The notes under the pieces: generated by a model
What the model was told of the DNA's origin: nothing
Database searches by the model: none
The model's input: only the letters and a program-made list of their open reading frames with translations
Assembly: GCA_012295275.1 (NCBI GenBank)
Contig: CM022668.1
Location: forward strand, 1,674,001-1,738,000
Direction: 5' to 3'
DNA from: Chrysomallon squamiferum
Taxonomy: Eukaryota > Animalia > Mollusca
DNA length: 64,000 nt
Translations under genes and position numbers: made by a program
Shown here: one piece after another, positions 57,516 through 64,000 of the stretch
Layout of the letters: each line of letters starts with the position of its first letter
Numbering within the stretch: position 1 is the stretch's first letter

Positions 57516-58241
57516 AACAATAACAATTACTTTTGGTCTCTGTAATGCAGTGTGTGTATGTTATACTATATTGTATATTATCAAGCATTGTAACCAAAAG
57601 CAGTGGCCAAATGTCATGGGATTTTTGATTCTCTATAATTGTTTGTTAGCACATAATAGATTATTCAGGATAATTTTTAATAGTTTTGATATTCCAGAGT
57701 TGGAAATGTTAATAATTTATATGTTTTTAATTTTTTAACAGTTTAAAAATTCAATAAGACAGTGATTTAAATTATTGTTATTATTATTATTGTAATAAAT
57801 ACTTAGATAACTGAATAATATTACAATATTTATACCTTAGTTACATTGAAAGAAACTGTTTCAGATAATATCAGACATTTAATTTGTCTCAAACATAAAA
57901 AAGCCACTGCTATCAACTGGGCTTTTTAGTTTGTCAAGTATCTGCTGTTTTCTCATAGTTTATATGCTCTTATGATTTCATGGATTTCTATGTTTCAAAA
58001 ATCATTTTAGTATAACTGATGTTTGTCATAATTATTTTGTTATAATTGTCATTATTATTGTATTAAAATCATTGTTATTATTATTATTACTATTACTACT
58101 ACTACTACTACTACTACTATTATTATTAACATATTTAATTTTTACCCTTTTTCTTTAGCTTTTCTTGAAGCCGTTATGCATCATTAACATCAACTGATTT
58201 ATAATTTTTGCATTCTGTACGAGTGTTATCACTGTTTACAG

Positions 58242-58406
58242 GTACCTGACTCAACCAGCTGACCTTGGTGCCAGCAAGAGCCCAGTGAGCCAGTCCAAGA
58301 AGAAGTATGAGGGACGACACATGACCCAGCCCATCACTCCGGAGGAGATGAAGGAGGCTGAGGCAGGCTCTACCCCTGTTAGAGCAACCAGCTCCATCAG
58401 TGAGAG
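58242..58406 (+). CDS. SVIL: Supervillin exon (YLTQPAD...RHMTQPITPEEMKEA...SSISER)
   Basis: tttacag| acceptor and GAG|gtcagt donor; 165 nt, phase 2-2. Not in the ORF track. Confidence 0.9.
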
Positions 58407-59509
58407 GTCAGTCTACAAAAATGGATGCATCTGAATATAGTTATAAATAAAATTTCAGAAACCTTGAGTTACAAATCACCTAATTATAGTGAAAAATTAA
58501 AATTAAAAGAAAGTTAATATGTCAGTTCTAAGAAGTATATAAAGTTATACTTTTATCTTCATATTGTAGTTAACAGATCAGGTCAGTTAATAAATGTCTG
58601 GATTATGAAATATAAAAAAATCAGCTTTCACAGATTTTTAACCTTTTGAAATTTGTAATTAAAAAAACACAACAAGAAGCCCACCCCGATTTTTAAAATA
58701 TTTTTTTATCTCACATGCTGTTTGTATTAATAACACAATACTCAAAAGATAGATAGATATTCAAACAGTCAGCTTGTAGAGGCAGAAAAATGGATATTGT
58801 ATTGAAAAATGTAGCCATATTGTATTGAGGTCAGAATATAGGATGACAGTTTATGTGGAACATTTGGGGTTCAAAGTGCTAAGCCCTGCCTTTTTTTTGG
58901 ATCGGTTTTTATTTAATATATTTTATACATTTTTTGGATTAATTTAATTTATTATTATTATTTTTTTAATAATTAATGTTGAATGGTTTGATGCAACTTG
59001 CAGATTAGTGAGACAAACATTTTTTTTTTTTAATTTTATATTCTTTCTCATTTAATTTTAACTATTGTTATTACTTACTTTGTCAACCACATTTGCCTTG
59101 AAGCAAAGAAACAAACAGGAAACATATGTTTTAAATTACCTGTCCGCAATAACTTTTATAGCTTTACTTTTTAAATTTATAATGTTATATTTTTTAAAGT
59201 TTTTTATCAGCACAACTTGAGCACATTTTATAATAATATTTTTGAATATTTCTTAGGTCTGTTTCTGATATTGTCTTTAACATAAAAAGACACAGGCTGA
59301 TGCTGTGTTTTTATTATAAGAAATAAAAAAATATTCTATAAGCATTTCCCCATAAATAGGTCTGTGCATACCACTGACTTTGAAAACAGTTGTGAATACA
59401 TAAAAATAATGAATAGGAAAGAATTGGGGCTATATCTTTAATCACTAAAAAGTCAGCTAACTTTACCATTTTTGTATAAAAATGTTTACAGTTACTACCT
59501 TTATTTCAG

Positions 59510-59757
59510 GTTAAATGCCTTGAAGCAGTCAGGGGAGACAAGCTGGAAGAAACGTTTGCCAAAGCAGCTGGACTACGACACTCCAGTAGCCGAAACCAAA
59601 TTACGTTCTCACTCCAACAGAGACCTGTCTGCCATCCGTCCTTCTAGCATTGCTGACAGACTGAGTCAGATTGAGGTTGCCAAGGGTGGCTGGAAAGAAC
59701 GGGTTGAAGAAAAAGATCAGACGAAATTCACTGTGGCAGGGAAACTTAGTAAAACAG
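59510..59757 (+). CDS. SVIL: Supervillin exon (LNALKQSGETSWKKRL...TKFTVAGKLSKT)
   Basis: tttcag| acceptor and CAG|gtttgt donor; phase 2-1; conserved SVIL motifs. Confidence 0.93.
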
Positions 59758-59963
59758 GTTTGTATCATTGCTTTTTATCTATGTACATAACAACTATATA
59801 TATTCCATTTCTGATACTGATTTACTTTTTATTATTGTTGAAATTAAGCGTTTTATTTGCATATTGTTAATATTAAACATTTATTTAAATATTCATTGTA
59901 ATAGTGACTAATATAATGGTAAAAGAAATATTTTTAATTTTTATTTTTATTTTCTATACCTAG

Positions 59964-60041
59964 GTCAAGGTCATACGGAGAGCCCTCTGGTGGCAAGATT
60001 AAAACAAACACCAAAAAGAGAAGGGATAAGTCTGTCAGGAG
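59964..60041 (+). CDS. SVIL: Supervillin small exon (GQGHTESPLVARLKQTPKREGISLSG)
   Basis: cctag| acceptor and GAG|gtgggt donor; 78 nt, phase 1-1, open. Confidence 0.75.
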
Positions 60042-60733
60042 GTGGGTTGTTTTGTTTTGTTGTTGTTTTTTATACCATATCTCTGTTTGTTTATTTTTCC
60101 CATTCCAAACCGATTTCACGATTTGGGGGAATCATTTGATTGCCTTTTAATATACCATGCCTTACTAAAATGTTATGTATTGTTATTGTTATTATTTTTT
60201 TTTTTTCAATTTGATATTTATAATTTGAAATAAGTCTAGAATGTAAGTGTTTCATTGTAGCAGCATTCAGGAACAATTTTTATACACAACTTAATTTTTT
60301 TTTTAATATTATGCTAGTACATTGGTTCTTTTCCATACATATTATTAAAAAAATAATGACAGTAACTTTCTTGTGATATTATCATAACTGAAGCTTATTT
60401 CCACTAATTTACTTAATCTGAGTGTGAAATAAAAGTTAGCCTTGCACTTAAGAATAGAAAAAAAGAAAAAACAAGAAGAAAGAGTGAGCTATATATAATA
60501 TGTGTGTATGTGTGTGTATATTTCACACCCTGATATAATATTCAGATTTTTAATTAAGTTAAGAATTTATTTTTCAGAATTATTTTACATTAGTAATGTC
60601 CAGGTTTTAGCATGATTTGCACTGTTAATGTTTTTAAATTCAGTTTAGTCTTTGTTTCATTTTATTACTAAAAGTGTTCTTTTTTGGAAACCTCACTAAC
60701 AGTGAACTAACCCTAATTTTTAACCAATCACAG

Positions 60734-60835
60734 ATTCTGGATCGAGTGAACCCTCCCCTGTTACTTCTCCCTCTGACCCCAAAGAGTTCATTTCTCCTAG
60801 CAAGAAGATCCCTATACCAAAAGAAATAATATCAG
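60734..60835 (+). CDS. SVIL: Supervillin small exon (DSGSSEPSPVTSP...KEIIS)
   Basis: CTAAC branch-point-like motifs upstream, cacag| acceptor, CAG|gtaaat donor; 102 nt, phase 1-1. Confidence 0.82.
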
Positions 60836-61840
60836 GTAAATGCTTATATACGTACAGTGTCAGTGTAGTGAGCTGCTGCTGTAGTGCTTACAGTTTACAT
60901 ATTGTAAATAGATTTTTCTAATAGGACATTGATTTATTTATTTATTTATTTTTAAAAACGTTTTGACACTTATGTATACAGTTAAAAACAAATAATAATT
61001 TTTTATTTTTTTTATACAGAGACCAGGACAAATGTGTGAAAAAAACATTAACAAATCAGAAACATGTCTAATAACATGAATTAGATTTATCTGATATGAG
61101 TGTCTTTTACAAAGATCAGAACATACACACACAAAATAATAAAAAAAGAAACTTCTAATAGAACATATTTACAGTATTTAAGTGTGTTCGTGTGTGTATG
61201 TATTTGTGTATATGTCTGTATATAAATATTTTATATTTAATAAGAAAATCTTTGTGATGTTCATTTGGCAGTCTTAGTTGTTTCATGCATTGCAATATAT
61301 TTATATATGCATGTTGTGTGATTTTCATTGTTTCTTTTACATTATTTATTTTTCTCCTTTCTAAGATATATTTATTTGATAATAATTGGTAACTGATAGA
61401 TGATTGTGTTTATGAGTTAATAATAAAATAAAGGATTAAGTTAAATTCATATTGCTATCCAGCTAAAAGCCATTTTTATTTTATGTGTGTGTGTGTTAAT
61501 GTGTTTGTGTATATATGAATATGTATAATTATTAAATGTAATTATTATCAATCAGTGACAAAACTAAATCATCAAATGGTTACAGTTATAAACATAGTTT
61601 TAAAAATGTATACATCTGAAAAATAAAACTTATTTATTTGTTTATTAGCTCATTTGATCACATTTTATAAAGGAAAAGTATTAATTTTAACTATTTTTGC
61701 ATAATTAGATATAAAGATTCTATTTAAATGAGCACCTGACATTTTACTTACTTACAGATAATTATAATATAGATTGAATCTATATCAGTATATCACATCT
61801 CCTCTACTTTATATAAATGATTGCATTAACAAATTTACAG

Positions 61841-62039
61841 ATGAAATTCCTGTTGTCAAGGGTGACAAACAGAAAGGAGATGGGGAGAAGGTGGAGCCTG
61901 TTACAGTTGAGGTTCCCAAGATGGTTGACCAGGAGCTGGATTCCATGTTTTTCCAGACAAAGGATATCAGTGAAATAGAAGACAAAGTGGAATGTGACAC
62001 AGATGATTTCAATGAAATTTTCATACAGGCTAATGACAT
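61841..62039 (+). CDS. SVIL: Supervillin exon (DEIPVVKG...DDFNEIFIQAND)
   Basis: tttacag| acceptor and CAT|gtgagt donor; phase 1-2. Confidence 0.88.
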
Positions 62040-62326
62040 GTGAGTTTATTTTTAGTGTGTATTGAATACAATATTAAGTATTGTAATAAAACATGTGATG
62101 ACATTAAAAAAATAATAATAATAATAAAATAAATAAATAAAAATAATAAAATATAGTAAAAAGAAATAAAAGAAAAATGAAATTCTCTGAAATTATATAT
62201 TTAATAGTTTTGTATATTTGCTCAGCATTAATTTATTTTTATTTTTTTCATTTATTTATTTTTTAATCTAAATATTTTTCCCTTAATAAGTTTATTTTTT
62301 AATTTTTTTTGTTTTCAATAATTTAG

Positions 62327-62487
62327 ACTTCCTGCTATTCGGAGAGTCCGTCCATCGCGAAGAAAACCAGCTCAAAGTCAGAATCCTCTGAAAACTATGT
62401 CACAACACATTGAGATCAAACAGGAGTACACACAGGTGGACCGAGGTGTTGCAGAACTCGAATTCAGACGCTTTAAAAAAGAACAAT
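62327..62487 (+). CDS. SVIL: Supervillin exon (LPAIRRVRPSRRKPAQSQNPLKTM...EYTQ...RRFKKEQ)
   Basis: atttag| acceptor and AAT|gtaaga donor; phase 2-1; matches the SVIL VRP.RR..NPLK..QEYT block. Confidence 0.92.
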
Positions 62488-62517
62488 GTAAGATAAATAA
62501 CTGTTTATGTTGCATGT

Positions 62518-63326
62518 GCATGTCAGGTTGGTTGTTCCCAGTGTAATGTCAGGTTGATTGTTTTCAGTTTCATTTCAGGTTGATTGTTCTCAGTGTCATG
62601 TCAGGTTGATTGTTCCCAGTGTCATGTCAGGTTGATTGTTCTCAGTGTCATGTCAGGTTGATTGATCCAGTGTCATGTCAGGTTGATTGTTCTCAGTGTC
62701 ATGTCAGGTTGATTGTTCCCAGTGTCATGTCAGGTTGATTGTTCCCAGTGTCATGTCAGGTTGATTGTTTTCAGTTTCATTTCAGGTTGATTGTTCTCAG
62801 TGTCATGTCAGGTTGATTGTTCCCAGTGTCATGTCAGGTTGATTGTTCTCAGTGTCATGTCAGGTTGATTGATCCAGTGTCATGTCAGGTTGATTGTTCT
62901 CAGTGTCATGTCAGGTTGATTGATCCAGTGTCATGTCAGGTTGATTGTTCCCAGTGTCATGTCAGGTTGATTGTTTTCAGTTTCATTTCAGGTTGATTGT
63001 TCTCAGTGTCATGTCAGGTTGATTGTTCCCAGTGTCATGTCAGGTTGATTGTTCTCAGTGTCATGTCAGGTTGATTGATTCAGTGTCATGTCAGGTTGAT
63101 TGTTCTCAGTGTCATGTCAGGTTGATTGTTCTCAGTGTCATGTCAGGTTGATTGTTCCCAGTGTCATGTCAGGTTGATTGTTCTCAGTGTCATGTCAGGT
63201 TGATTGATCCAGTGTTATGTCAGGTTGATTGTTCTCAGTGTCATGTCAGGGTTATTGTTCTAAGTGTCATGTCAGGTTGATTGTTCCCAGTGTCATGTCA
63301 GGTTGTTTGTTCTCAATGTCATGTCA
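62518..63326 (+). repeat. Minisatellite, 26-bp unit x about 31 (tgtcatgtcaggttgattgttcYcag)
   Basis: Read directly; near-identical units with four recurring variants. Confidence 0.97.
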
Positions 63327-63862
63327 CTGTGATGTTTGAAAAATAAATTACAAAAAGATTTTTTGCCATTGCAGATCTATTTTATTATTAATTCTTTTTC
63401 TTATCTATTTCTTAGCTAAGAAAAGGCTGAAAAATGTTTTTATAAAATAAAAATTAATGTGGTTTATGGTTGCATATATTAATTTTGTTAAACATTGAGT
63501 AATGACATAATTAGGGAGAAAAATTAAATTAACTCTGGTAACAAATAAAATGAGGAATAAAATTGTTTATTAATTAAGTTTTACCACTAGGGCTTGTTAA
63601 CCTTCATTAAAATACCCAGATTAATTTGATGATTATCTAATAATATGAAATGAAGACAGTTAATGATTTATTATTATTATCATTTTTCTTCATCTTTTTG
63701 TTTTTGTTTGTTGTTTATTTCTCTTTTTTCATAGAGGATTAATATTAGATTGTTTAAAACTTGACTCCTTAACAACAGAAGATTTTAAAATTTTCATTTA
63801 ATTTAATCTTTTTCCTAAGTTTAAAATTTATGCTATTACTTATTTTTAAACAAATATTTCAG

Positions 63863-64000
63863 TATCTAAGGAGACTGGGTTTGCTCAGGAGGCACTGGCA
63901 GGACTTGCAAGCAAGGAGAACTTTTCTAAGATAGAACTGCGTAAAATGGATGAAGCCTCAACTCCAGGAACAGCACAGCGATACGAACCATTTAAGAATT
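63863..64000 (+). CDS. SVIL: Supervillin exon, truncated by window end (SKETGFAQEALAGLASKENFSKIELRK...PFKN)
   Basis: tttcag| acceptor, phase 1; LAGLASKENFS is a supervillin hallmark just before the gelsolin-like repeats. Confidence 0.95.

Noticed and set aside
39410-63326. Tandem arrays as CRISPR-like repeats
   Set aside because: No unique spacers, no cas genes, and a eukaryotic intronic context.

Overview
AT-rich, CpG-depleted, microsatellite-rich eukaryotic genomic DNA; it looks molluscan/cephalopod-like, but that is an inference from composition only. Almost the whole window is the 5' part of one + strand multi-exon gene, a very large supervillin (SVIL/archvillin-family) orthologue. I could chain 20 coding exons from an ATG at 14071 to the window end with GT-AG boundaries and consistent phases (about 7.8 kb, about 2,600 aa). 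The window stops just where the gelsolin/villin core should begin. Family motifs include KAERIARYKEERRKQ, repeated TQPVT..E, SISERLNALKQSGETSWKKRL, FTVAG, NPLK and LAGLASKENFS. Points of interest: a CpG-rich promoter-like island (about 2500-3430); several candidate internal first exons, one of which creates an N-myristoylation motif (MGAWNS) across a splice junction; two consecutive exons whose 3' splice sites are tandemly amplified (about 19 x 40 bp, and an older degenerate series of about 5 copies); six tandem [GS]ILK motifs; a 26-bp minisatellite with 8-mer higher-order structure; and a Tigger4/MER46-like MITE. Most of the short ORFs in the supplied track are microsatellite or antisense artefacts.
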